From Lepidodermella squamata (Eukaryota; Animalia; Gastrotricha): a stretch of 64,000 nt of DNA. The stretch covers positions 2,914,001 to 2,978,000 of the forward strand of contig JBLDXI010000015.1 in assembly GCA_047495785.1 (NCBI GenBank), written 5' to 3'. The notes under the pieces were generated by a model. The model saw nothing but the letters and a program-made list of their open reading frames with translations. It had not been told where the DNA came from and made no database searches. Positions within the stretch are counted from its first letter, which is position 1. Each line of letters starts with the position of its first letter. Below, in pieces: positions 23,290 through 34,989 of this stretch. The position numbers were made by a program, and so were the translations under genes.

Positions 23290-24765
23290 ATAGAGAATGT
23301 ATTTCTCGCCGAACTGATTCTTGATCCTTGAACTCATCGCTCAGCCATTATTATCTGTTCGAACGGAACGTGGCCCGAATTAAAACTATTTTGACGACTC
23401 CGGCGGTTCATAAGGGCGCTGAAGGAATTGCTAATGCTGGATTTATAAACGACTTCGGACGGCCGAAGTTGCGTAATAGGCTCCGAAGTTGGGCGCGCGC
23501 ACGTCCGAAGAACGAGATCGTCATTTATAAACGCGCACAACTTCGGACAGCGCGCGCGACGTGAGAACAATAGGGCGCACCTAAGTATCCGAAGCGCGAG
23601 AACAATAGACTTCGGACCGCCGTGCTTCGGACAGGCCATCCGAAGCGTCCGAATCCGAAGAGCCGAAGTTACACGCATTAAAGCAATAAATGCTGGCACC
23701 AAAGCGCAGTAAATAAGAAAACACCGGAAGCGACAGCTATTACGATCTAAGCGCTTATAATCCACCTATTATTGGCTTCACTTTAAACGAGGCCACGGTG
23801 CGCTCATGACATGCGCTCCTTGACTTGACCATTGACACTTAAAAGTACACTTTCGCATTTGCCGCGTGCTTAATCCGCTCTAAAGCCCTCACTCGCCGCC
23901 GCTCGCCTGAATTAGCTAATTACGAGGCGACTGCACCTTGCGCCCTTTGAGTTACCGCCCGCTGTGCGTGCAAACAACTGGTGTCATAGACTGCGGATAC
24001 AATAGCTAAAATAAACGTCTAAAATGTTGAATTTTCGAATTTTTCTATGAAATTTATATGCTCATGCTCCTCTCGATGTGAAGAACTCGTTTACATTAAA
24101 TTAAACGGCATTCGAGCATTTTTCCGCAATTTTATTACTCGACCCCGTCGGTTGAGTGCACTCGCCGCGGGAGCGTCATGCCGCGCCACGCGCTTTTGTT
24201 CGGAGCCGCGCACGCCTTACAACTTCGGAGAGCGAACAATAGAAACGTCGGACGAAATTTGCCGCACTTCGGAACTGATAAGGCGTCCGAAGATACGCGC
24301 TTGGGCTCCGAAGTTCGGATACACCCGTCCGAACCGAAGCGCCGTCCGAAGTGTTTATAAATCCAGCATAACTCCTTCTGCCCTCTTTGTACCTATTATG
24401 ATATAATAGCAGGTCATAAAATCCAACTACTACTCGTCACTGATGCAGAGATAGATCAAAAATGCCGCAGTAACCTATAAGAGGCAGATGGAATCGTTGG
24501 CAAGAATCCATCCCCCTCGGACTGTTACGACGAATCCGACTTTCCCATGCCGCGGATGTCACAAATCCCCGTGTTAGCTGATTATTTTTCAAGTTATCGC
24601 ATTTCGTTGGATTTGTTGATATTGACGCTGTTATTGTCACACGGATTATGCGAAGTGATGCAGTTATAAACCGATAGTGCGGGGAGATCACGGCAGATTC
24701 GTTGAGAATTCGAATTGAGTGCCGATACGAAATGCGAACTTGTCGCTATACATTGGGCTGAGAGG
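23290..24765 (+). pseudogene. Pseudogene of the glycosyltransferase-like gene, split by a Harbinger-like MITE
   Basis: AACTATTTTGACGACTCCGGCG... and HFVGFVDIDAVIVTRIMRSD...GGGCTGAGAG|GTAAG match exon 1 of the 27609 gene, including its splice donor. Several frameshifts. Confidence 0.8.
23435..24368. mobile_element. PIF/Harbinger-like non-autonomous element
   Basis: TIRs TGCTGGATTTATAAAC / GTTTATAAATCCAGCA. TAA is duplicated at 23432-23434 and 24369-24371. Internal TCCGAAG/CTTCGGA repeats. Confidence 0.88.
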
Positions 24766-25871
24766 TAAGAATAATTTCTTCGATGTCAAAATGCCTATCG
24801 TATATCGTATATATTGGAATATAAAGGATTCCTTACTATTTTTTCAAGCGTTCCCTCTCATCCACCTCTCACCTCTCTTATATTTAGAGCCACAATATTT
24901 TTTCTTCGCCACGCACAAAAAGGAATCACATAGAATGCCGCCAATCACCTTCGAAAGAGAGGATTTTCACGGCGAAAATGCCTAGCACCGGGTAGTCGGG
25001 CAAATTTTTTTTTGAGTATCGCTTAAGCTGTATGCAAACAAAAGTATGAGGTATAAATGTGAACGCTAATTTTTACTTGCGCACGTTTTCACAGGTAGCG
25101 TCAAGAGTGTTGGCATTAGACCCTCTCTACAATTTAGGTCCTCCTTTCAACCCTTTCATGGAATAGGTAATTATTCTTATGATAGGGATTGCTTGATATT
25201 TCTTATGTTGCTTTATTTTCCATCACCATCAGAACAAGCCATACACTCGAACTCAACTCATCTTTACGAATTCTCTGAATTCCATTCAACGATTAATTGC
25301 ACTAGGAACCAAGAGTATTCAGACAGGTTTCCAAATAAATACTGCAATCAGACTTGACTCAACTTCAAATTTATTTCACCTGCAAGCTGGAGCTGGAGGA
25401 GCAGCAGGTGCTCGCACGATGGAACTCCGCCAGGACAGAACTTGTTTATTTGAAACTCGGAAGCAACTTCGAGGTACAGCTGAAACTTTTTGCAGTCGTC
25501 GTTATCTGCTAGTTTCTTGTACTCGTTAACAGCGCACGATGCATACTTGCACGTGTCTGGTTTTAGATCTTCAGGATAGCGTCTCAACCAGCCGTAGCCG
25601 AGTGGGATAGGAGCACATGCGGATACTTTATCGATCGGCCTGCATGCGGATTCATGAAAGCCGTAGTTGAAATCTACAACCGCTTCAGCGACGTCATCCA
25701 ACGTTTTCCCTCGCTTTGTAGCGGCTGCAGTGGCAAAGTCACTGAGCCCATTAACAGAAATGTAGCAGCTGTAAACTTCGGCCATTGTTCTGCAAAGTTG
25801 TTGTGCAAATATTCAGTAAATTAGTAACAGCTAATCAGTTTTAGAATTACCTATAACCTCTCTCTGAGCAG

Positions 25872-26945
25872 TCACCTCTCTTTTGCGGCGAAAACCTGAA
25901 CATTTGACAGCGCTACGTCATTGACACTATCGTACGGAAGCATTTTCCCCAATGTTTCCGGTGTCTCGACCAGAGGAGCCGAGACACCAAGAGCAACCGA
26001 GTCAGCATAAACCCTAAAGAATCCACCTTCCCCCCAGTCTCGTCCCCAGCTGTTCACACCGACGTAGTAAGGCCTGCCACTTGCGTCATCGACACCGTAA
26101 CCCACAAGTGCAACGACGTGGTCCATGTTATACGTGTTGGGGCACCCACCAACACCCCAATCCATAATTCCGGATGTGTATTTGCTCGAGCCAGGTGCGT
26201 CGGTGCAGTACGGCATAACGAGGCAGCCATAATCATTAATCGCCTGGGTTTAAGCAATGCATCGTGTTAATTATAAAATCAAAGTTGACTTTTCCCTACT
26301 TTCTTGGTGCAAGTAAAGCTTTCAGAGCTGAAACCTTTGTAACCCCATGAGTGCCAAGGCAAGGAATCACCACGTGCCTTTCGGAAGGGTATGCTCTTCG
26401 GAACGGCATCGTATCTGCACTGCCCGCGTAGGCTATCGCTCATGTAGTCGCGTATCGGGTAGTCATCGTAAGTTGGTGTGCCGTTCTTTCTGGCCATGTA
26501 ATCAAAAACGGTCTCAGGAGCTCCCCCGCCACCGCAGTATGGCGCAACACAGTCGATCAATGCCTGTGAAAAGAAAAGCTTATGTTTAGCGTATATAGTT
26601 TGGGGGGAATCCAAACCTGTTCAGATATTTTCGGGGCTGGCTTGCCACCCCATGCCTTTGACCAGGCGCAACGAGCTGCAGAAACTGCCGCCCAGTAGTA
26701 ACAGCCTTGACAGTGCTGGCTCTTGACATCAAACCATTCAGGATGAAGCTTTGAATGGTCAAGGTTGTCAGGGAGCCCTGTCGTATCACACGTTTCAGTT
26801 GCTCCCCTCCCAGCTTCGCGCTGATACTCCCATAAGTCGCCACTGCATATCGCTGTAATAAAAGAACGCCAAATTCAGTGAACTTGGAGGGAATATGAAG
26901 GAATAACTAACCAGTTAGGGCCGCTAGAGCTACAAGTCTGATCAT
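25872..26945 (-). CDS. Papain-like copy D: protease domain intact, premature stop right after it (possible pseudogene)
   Basis: ATG 26945, with catalytic Cys, His ([10 protein letters not shown]) and Asn (GVNSWG) retained. A deletion relative to copy C shifts the frame to TGA at 25872. Orphaned downstream exon at 25790-25380. Confidence 0.8.
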
Positions 26946-27608
26946 AATTCGTCGAAACAGAAAAGCGAAAATAATGATCATTTGAACGATTTTCATGAAT
27001 TATATTCAATCGAAACGCCCTCGCCGATGACGTCGGATAACATGTAGATTCAGGCGTGCGGTCACCCGCGTTCCAATCGTCATATATATGATAGAGTTTT
27101 AAAGTGATGGTTTTAGCGCTTGAAACATCAGTCATTATAGTATTATGCATTGACATCATATTATCTCATTGTTTTAACAGATGAACTTTTCTTTACTCGC
27201 TTGTTACTGCTCGCTTCTGTCATGCGTCATTAGTTCAGTCCCTTAATGAAAGCACCGAAAACTTAGCGGTAGTTGCTTGATCAAACCACCTAGTAGTGGT
27301 GATGCAGATTCGGTACCATTCACATGCAGGGTCCGAACGATCTTGAAATGAAGTAAATTCCGCTAATTAAAATAAGATTTAATGACCCGTCGATGCGAAA
27401 TTAGCCTCATTTAAGCTGAGATGGGTCGATTTCACACGCATTTTGATGTGCGATGAACAATCCTCGAGAAATTACGCAATTCGGACGGCAATGCTGCGGC
27501 CATTGCATCTTACATACAAACCTTCACTGCGCAAAGCATTTCGTTCCAGACTTTTTGTGAATCAGCCACTGCTTTCCGCTTGCATTCACTTTTAACTTTC
27601 GATCGAGT

Positions 27609-30177
27609 ATGGTATTTAAAATTATCCTTCCAAGTTTTTTCTCAATATGCCATGCTCTCTGGATATTCATAAATTTACTATCATCCTACGAGGAAATACC
27701 AGCACGTCCGAACAATGGCTCCAACAACACAAAAACGCATTATCTAGAAATAGAAAGTTGTTCGAATGAAACATGGCCAGATCTCGAGTTATTTTTGACA
27801 ACCCCTGCCGATAATTATGGGGCGAAAGAAATCACCGAATGGTTTTTACCATCTTTGCACCTCTTTTGGCCCGCCGATCAGACTCTGAAGCTGCTATTCG
27901 TCACCGATGGCGAGAACGAAAACACCGCAATAACTTTTACAACGAAAATGGAAGCAATAGCGAGGAATACTACTCAGCTAATTCAAGCTCGAAGTGTTGC
28001 GGTAAATCGGACCTTTCCATGCCGCGGCTGGCACAAATCACAGTGGTTAAAGTTGTTAGCTGATAATTTTACAGCATCCCGTTTCGTTGGATTCGTTGAT
28101 ACTGACAGCGTTTTTGTCACACGGATAATGCGAAGTGATTTGTTCGTCGGCGATAAACCGATAGTTCGGGGAGTTTACGGCAAACCTCGCACGGGGTTCT
28201 TTGGCAATTGGCACCGGGTTCCGATTCGAACTCGGCGCTACACCGGGCTACGAGGTAGGAATTTTACACTGGTCATGGTTGGAAATAAGATTAAATGCCT
28301 TTTATATTTATTTATTGGAAATAAGAACCTCGAGTGAAGCTATAACGTCGTTGCTCTAATGAAAGGCCCCCTCTATTATTTCGCATAAAATTGAATTTCA
28401 CGAATTTCAGCTCAAATTTGATAAGATTCCTCGCAATAAATGTATGAGGCTGGCTTTGGCGAAAACTGGAACATCCTCATTCCATGTATCAATAGACTCA
28501 TCTCATTGAGTTTGATACTTAATTCGTGATGAAATTCGTGAAATAGTTGATAAATAGCTTGGTATGAGCAATTTCATTTGATCATCGACGATAAAACATC
28601 CAAAAATCAATCACAATCCACTATTAGGATAGACGTCGAATTATCATCAACAGCGCCTCCTTGGCTCAGTTGGCTAGAGCGCCAGTCTCATAATCTGGAG
28701 GTCGTGAGTTCGATCCTCACAGGGGGCAGCTTACGTTTTTTTAAGCGCTAACACCGAGCGAGCTAACAACAAATTTTATTACGCTGTAGTAGCGTATAAT
28801 CAGCTGCGAAAGACGATTCTTATGCATGCCCAATATAATATGTAATGAATAGATGTCAGTGATAGATTAATATGGCCAGATAGATGCACATGCAGTGAAT
28901 CACGTAGTGTCATTTATTTGATTTATTTATCTGATATTCTGGCATATTAAATCTGTAGTTACTGATTCATGCAGGGAAATTGCAGCGATTTTTCCACAGG
29001 GTTTCCGCTCAAACAATATTCCAGGACGGCTCCTCTGTTTTGGGCACTAATCAGTGGGACACAATGGCCTTCGATAGATACAAGCAGGTTTTGTCGTCGT
29101 GATCAGGACCATTGGAAACCCCCTAAACTGCTGGCAATTGTTTTATCTCAAGGAAACAAATAATTCGGCCCCGAAAGGGTTATTATAAAGTGATTCGATG
29201 ATAGCCGTTCGACTACCCTGGTCTCCGCCAGATCGAGAGATCCTTCGCGGAGCTATGCTCCCAGATATTCATTTTAACCAGTCTAAAAATATGTAAATAA
29301 TTTAAAAATTTTAGGGAAAATCCGAGAAAAAATTGGAGGATACGGGCGTCGATCCCGTTACCTCTCGCATGCTAAGCGAGCGCTCTACCATTTGAGCTAA
29401 TCCCCCGGCTTAACAACTAATGTTGTAAGTGAAGACTCAAGTTGGCGCTTGCAGCACGCTTTGTTGACACGCACTTATTAAAACAGCTCAAGTATTACCT
29501 TATAATTTACAACGTACTAATTAAACTCAGTTGGTAACGTATATTCACTTTTTTCAGAGCCGTTCAACTGCATGACCTATTTCCCTGTCATAATCAAAAC
29601 CGAACATTTGAAATTTATCCGCAGCCTAATGCTTCGGCAATTTCGTGATCCGGATTTCGATCGAACTTTCGCGAAATTGGCCGCTCAAGAACTGTATTCG
29701 GAATACAACATAATGTGCACGGTATTATGGTGGCATTTCCGCGACGATTATCATTGGATAATTACCGAAACCGAAGTTGGGTGGCGGGGTCGAGCTCCAG
29801 CTGGTCAGGTCCGGAACTTGGAAGATGCGGAAATTTCAACGGAACTACTAACTCGATCCCCGAGTCCTCATTTATCAGTCCATTGGACCTATCACAGCGA
29901 GGTTAATGAGCCTAATTCTCTATTGAAAGCATTCCGGAAAGGATACTGTTATTCAATCGCCGAAAATAAGCCAGGTTATTGCAGCAATTTTGAAGATCCG
30001 GAGTCACGAGTCGATCCGAATCTATTCATCTTTGAATGGGATGATTTTTCAAAGCGGCCAGGTGCTTTCGAGGCTCATTTACAGCGGCTTGAAGCAATGA
30101 AAATTTGCCCTCATAAATGGAATGAGGACGCTGTTGAAAAATTAGTATCAAATAATAATAAAACTGAGGCTAACTAA
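27609..30177 (+). CDS. Type II membrane GT-A-like (DxD) putative glycosyltransferase, two exons
   Basis: Exon 1 27609-28254, intron 28255-29557 and exon 2 29558-30177 join in frame (GLR-EPFNCMTYFP). N-terminal hydrophobic anchor, GWHKSQWLKLLAD and FVGFVDTD motifs. Confidence 0.75.
28655..28728 (+). tRNA. tRNA-Met(CAT), elongator type, intronic
   Basis: GCCTCCT...AGGGGGC-A cloverleaf with anticodon loop CTCATAA, T loop GTTCGATCC and a T-run downstream. Confidence 0.93.
29334..29406 (-). tRNA. tRNA-Ala(AGC), intronic
   Basis: GGGGGATTAGCTCAAATGGTAGAGCGCTCGCTTAGCATGCGAGAGGTAACGGGATCGACGCCCGTATCCTCCA, 73 nt. Confidence 0.93.
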
Positions 30178-30237
30178 TCAATTTTATTTCAAAATATCAA
30201 AAAATTCGATGAAGAAAAATGTTATAATTTAAAGTTT

Positions 30238-33009
30238 TCATTGCGATTTTGAGCCAAAAACCAAGCCCCATTTGACACCGGCAACAATACTGACTGACAC
30301 GCCGGTTACAACATTAAGGTCTAATTCAATCAAGCGGATCCACCTGGTACTGATATCGGAATCGGCTTGATTTTTCTCCGTTAACGCGACTACTGCTTCA
30401 AAAAATCGGCCAGAATTGAGCTTCATTATCTGCGTCGTGAAAATAGTTACTTCCAAAGACTTGAGGGTTAATTCAAACGGCATCATAACCAGACACGGTT
30501 GAATGATTTCATGGAGGCTAGGTTCAATATTAGCATCAAATAATGACCTTTCGACAACAAAACACCACATCGGGGTAACATTGCCATAGAAACGAGGCGC
30601 GCCTTTGATTCGATATTGAAATCCTAATTGATCCAGCTCAAGCCTATCTCGTCGAAATCGACTAAAGTCACGCATGATTTCACATTTTCCAACCTCATCA
30701 AAATTCAAAGTCCAATCGCTTATTTTCGAATCGAAAATCAGTCGATGCGGCTTGTTCCAGGGTGACTCAAATAAAGCGGCGTAATTTATCAAATTAACAG
30801 CCGCTTCGTCGTTTCGAATCGAACTTGAAATCGCTCGCAAAATATCGTCATCGTTAATTTTCGTAAACGCCTCAACAGCTGATCGATAATCAAGCATCGC
30901 CATTTCATCGCCAAGATTCGATTCAAAAATTGATTGGAAATCGAAATTTGATAAATCAGGAAACTGTTTCTCCGCAAACCAGTCGGTAGGAAGACGTGAG
31001 TTTGCGAGGGCCAAATCTATAGCTTTCGAGCTATTTCGATCCCAAAATTCGGTATCTGAACCCGTATTTTGCGACCCATTCCAGCGCCTTCGATCCCGTT
31101 CCACTTGACTGACCGCCTGCTCAAGCGACCGTTCACTCATCCCGCCGTAATAAGCCTTTATTTGGCGATAAAAAGCTCGAGCCAAACTAGCGTTTTGAAA
31201 TTTTATCGAGCATACCAACTCGAGGTCACAATCGATCCGAGACGATTTGAAGAAAGTTACTTCCTTATCTTGCCAATTGATGTGAGTCGTCGCGGCTGGG
31301 AAGTCGTAGCTCCAGCGAAATGGCGCCTGCTTCCATCGACCTTCGTTCCATTTCGGGGTTGGGACAAGGTACAAAGACCGTTCGCCCCAATCGTTGGCAA
31401 CTACCATGGCGTCAACTTGGTCAGAATCTCGATAAATTGCCTTCGAAAACGCGATTGGTAAAACATTATTCGCTATAGCTATAATCTAAATAAGAAAGGA
31501 AAATTAAATTGATGAAAAAATTAAATCTCAATGTTTCTGATTTTTTTCTCGACCTTTTTTCCACTCCAAGCTAACACGGTTTCAAAGTTTGAAATCGACA
31601 AAGTCGCCGGCTTATTGGAACCTGACAAAGCCAACGCCCAATGCACCGAATTATCAACCGGAACTAAGCGATGTTGACTCGAGGTGAGATGAACCTCGAC
31701 AAAGCGTAACCAGCGCGTATTTGGCAATCGGCCAATTGGCTCGTGGCAACTCCGCTCAGTCGACATGACAAGAACGCGACACGGCCGCCAGTCGTTTAAA
31801 CTCGGCACTGGCTTTAGGGCGACGGAAAAGAAAACAGTCACTTTCTGCTCGCTGTTCAACATCAATTTTTGCGGGAATAGAACCAGCCAGGGGGTCAAAA
31901 GTCGGGCCATTAAACCGTTCAATTTAACTGCCGTAGCCGAGTAGCACCAAACTGGTTCCAGCGTGGTACCTCGAGCCGAAGGCACATCCGCGTTAGGGCT
32001 GGTCAAATTTCTTAGAAAATTTATCAACGCCAATCGATGGTTAGGTCTAGGCGGTGAAATCAGGGTCAGCGACCATTCCAGGGTGGCTAATAAACCGTTG
32101 CGAAATAAATGCGGCACATTGAACGGCCACTCGAGGAGAGGTGCAATATTTTCAATCGCGAAACCGGTGTTTAAAACCTGTTTAGAAACAGCTCGCATCA
32201 AATCTTGATCATTCAGGCTGGAAAAAGCTAACACAGAATCTGCATCGTCGTGGAAAAACGGTTGTAGGCCGTGTTTCGTGCACTGGCCACCCTGGAAATT
32301 GTAACTATTATCCATCTCAGCTTTCACAGATTCCGGGTCGGGTAAATGCGGCAGCGTAAAATTTGGCGTGACAAAATTGTTATCAGGTAACGTCAATTTT
32401 CGCCAGGTTGGTCGTTGAAAGAAGATTTGGTCATCACAAGCTCCGATAAATTCATTCAGCCGCCGGTGGGTTTTCTGGTAAGGCAGCAAACAATCGCCGA
32501 ATTCAGGCTTCAGCAGCAATCCGATGTAACTTTTGACTTGGCGAAAGAAAATCAACGCTCTTTGGCTTGATTTGAAAGTTAATTTCAAACTATTTCCAGC
32601 TACATCGATAGGCGATGACTTGACCGGCATTGATTCAATAGGCATTGGCATCAAATTGGTGATAATTAACGAGCGATTTGCTACGTCAAGTTCGATTGAA
32701 GAATCAGCAGCGTTGTCGGATGGGATGAAATAACGATGAATTATGGCGGTTTGTTTATCGATGACAAAAAGCCATCGATTAGCTGATGGATCAGCGTTGA
32801 TTTGAACAGTCATTACGCCTAAACCCTCGTCAACAGCTGGGCAGTAAACATCCCTAGCTCTAGCAATTTTCTGAAAAATTTAGGAAAAAATGAAGTATTG
32901 ACCGTTTTTTAATGAATTTCAAAACCTTTGTGCCAGGGATTTCAAGGTGTCTGGGCTTCGTTCCGATTGGCTGATCGCATAGCGTTTCTTCACTTGTGAA
33001 TCGAAACAT
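30238..33009 (-). CDS. Uncharacterised three-exon protein (about 880 aa) made of two homologous halves
   Basis: Exons about 33009-32926, 32870-31554 and 31485-30238, joined by phase-0 GT-AG introns. The halves share F..ndxDlxRAvS, A.L.E.P.N.PH, P.WC and TRW.R..E motifs. Confidence 0.75.
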
Positions 33010-33255
33010 GTATTACAGTTTTTCAAATCACAATACCAGCGCAGTTTTTATTGTGAGATTGTCATTGTAAATAATTAAGGTGGCGCTTTTATTATTTTCC
33101 CGCAGTCATTCGCGACTTCCCACTTTTATCTCCGAAGAAGAAAGGGATATAGTGAAATCATTACCAAATTATTGAATTCAGTACCAAACATCATTGAATT
33201 CCGTACCAAATTATTCCAAACAGTTCCAAATCCCCAATTTGAAGACCCAGTCTTC

Positions 33256-33329
33256 AACCCTAACCTAACCCTAACCTAACCCTAACCAAAACCTAACCCT
33301 AACCAAAACCAAAACCCTAACCCTAACCA
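33256..33329. repeat. Telomere-like (CCCTAA/CCTAA)n mixed repeat
   Basis: AACCCTAACCTAACCCTAACC... flanked by TACCAAATT / AATTTGGTA inverted motifs, so probably part of a small repeat element. Confidence 0.7.
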
Positions 33330-33529
33330 GTTAAAAAACGAATAAAATGGTTAGGTATTGAATTAAATGAAATTTGGTACCGGCGTAAGATTTTCCCAAG
33401 AAGAAATAAACATTGCTTCAATGATGGTTAGTCAAATGTCAGAGTCGGCACATCCTCATGCTATAAATAGCCGCTAAAACAACAAACACAGACTCCAACA
33501 CAAAATTAGGTGTGTCCTATAAGTTGCGC

Positions 33530-33860
33530 AAATATTTTTTAATTTGCACATTTTTGCAATAATTTCAATTAATTTTTCAAATTAAACCCAACGGGAGAAT
33601 CTCACGTCCTTATAATCCGAGATTTAGAATAATATTAAAAAAATTCCGGAGAAAACCCGGAAGAACCCGAAGGTTCGGTAATTTTCGGTATTTTACCCGG
33701 TTGGACCAAATTTCTCCGGATTATTTTGACGAGTTTATTACCTGATTGAAATTCTCGCGGCATTTCGAGTTTTTCTATGAATTTTCCAGCCGAATTTGAT
33801 ATATGTAGGACTGTCATATGCCTGTCATTCAGAGTTTCTAAACCCTTTTCCGTGCATTTT
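33530..33860. repeat. Dispersed repeat; an inverted relative lies at about 35570-35830
   Basis: CCGGAGAAAACCCGGAA...GGTTCGGTAATTTTCG here versus CGAAAATTACCGAACC...TTCCGGGTTTTCTCCGG at about 35675-35727. Confidence 0.7.
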
Positions 33861-34489
33861 CTTTGTTTACGTTATCATGCGTTACTAGCGTTTCTAGTCG
33901 TGGCTCCGATCTTGGTATCAGAAATATCATTGGCTTAGCGTAACCTCTATTTAACGCTGCCGAAAAAATCGCACAATAAAGCAGTAAAATTACCGCTATA
34001 TGATTGAACCTATTTTTTTTATTGTCGCATAAATGAAAAATATTTGCTGCACTTAATTGCTAAAATTAAAGTCGGTGAAAACTGGCTGCGTTATTGGGTT
34101 TTTTCATAGTTTTTAGCACACATTTTTGGCGGTCAATATCCGTGATTTTCATTGCATGAAGTTGAATAAAAGAGCCTTTTAGCGCAGTTTTCGAGTATTA
34201 ATTTGCGAACTCGCAATCCGCAAACAATCCAAAGAGGTAACATTTCATTTCATTCCCTCGTTCATAATAATATCTCTTTCATTCATCCCCATTATATTAT
34301 TGTCGCGCTATTTGCTGTAATAGAGAACTTTGTCGGCGTAAACGTGACACCAACGAGTTGCGCAACTGCGCGTGCGTGCGCAAACAACGTTTCACGCGCG
34401 GCCAGAAGGTAACAATAAACAGTTTGAAAGTTCGCGTGCGCTCATTTCGCCCACTTTTCACCTCAACAGAAATTATTGAGTTTCACGTG

Positions 34490-34945
34490 ATGATGATCAC
34501 CGCCGCTCTCGTTTTGCTCATCGCTGCAACAACCTATTGTTTAGCCGAAAATCCTAATATCAAGGGCGCCCATAATGGTGATTTTTTCTCATTTTTTTCA
34601 CTCGATGATATGTTATTGCTAATTTTTTCAGCTCGCAATATGAAGGGCGAATTTGAGGCGCCCGTTGAGGTGCCGACGTACCACCACCACGCCAAGGGTG
34701 CGCATCACACGTTTCACAAGCACGTGGTCGACGACGATACGGCCGTGCCTGATGGCGTTCATTTAGGCGAGCGATTTTTTGCCGTGCCCCTGCACCTCGG
34801 CGCCCCTCCGCCGCCGAGTGGACCCGAATTGACCGGCAGTGTCGCTAAAAAGCCTAAACACCCTGAACACATTGCAACTGGCCACAAGGGCGAGCTGGAT
34901 TTCGAAGATCGTCATAATTTACCGAAACCTAAAGGCATCTTCTAA
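34490..34945 (+). CDS. Small secreted His/Pro-rich protein, two exons
   Basis: Signal peptide MMITAALVLLIAATTYCLA, a 54-nt intron at 34578-34631, and the segment YHHHAKGAHHTFHKH. Confidence 0.75.
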   Translation: MMITAALVLLIAATTYCLAENPNIKGAHNGDFFSFFSLDDMLLLIFSARNMKGEFEAPVEVPTYHHHAKGAHHTFHKHVVDDDTAVPDGVHLGERFFAVPLHLGAPPPPSGPELTGSVAKKPKHPEHIATGHKGELDFEDRHNLPKPKGIF

Positions 34946-34989
34946 TATTACAATAAAAACGATGATTTTACTAATTTGGATTATATATT

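Noticed and set aside
23334-24406. Arg-rich ORFs of 60-143 aa
   Set aside because: They lie largely within a GC-rich MITE and show no domain motifs.
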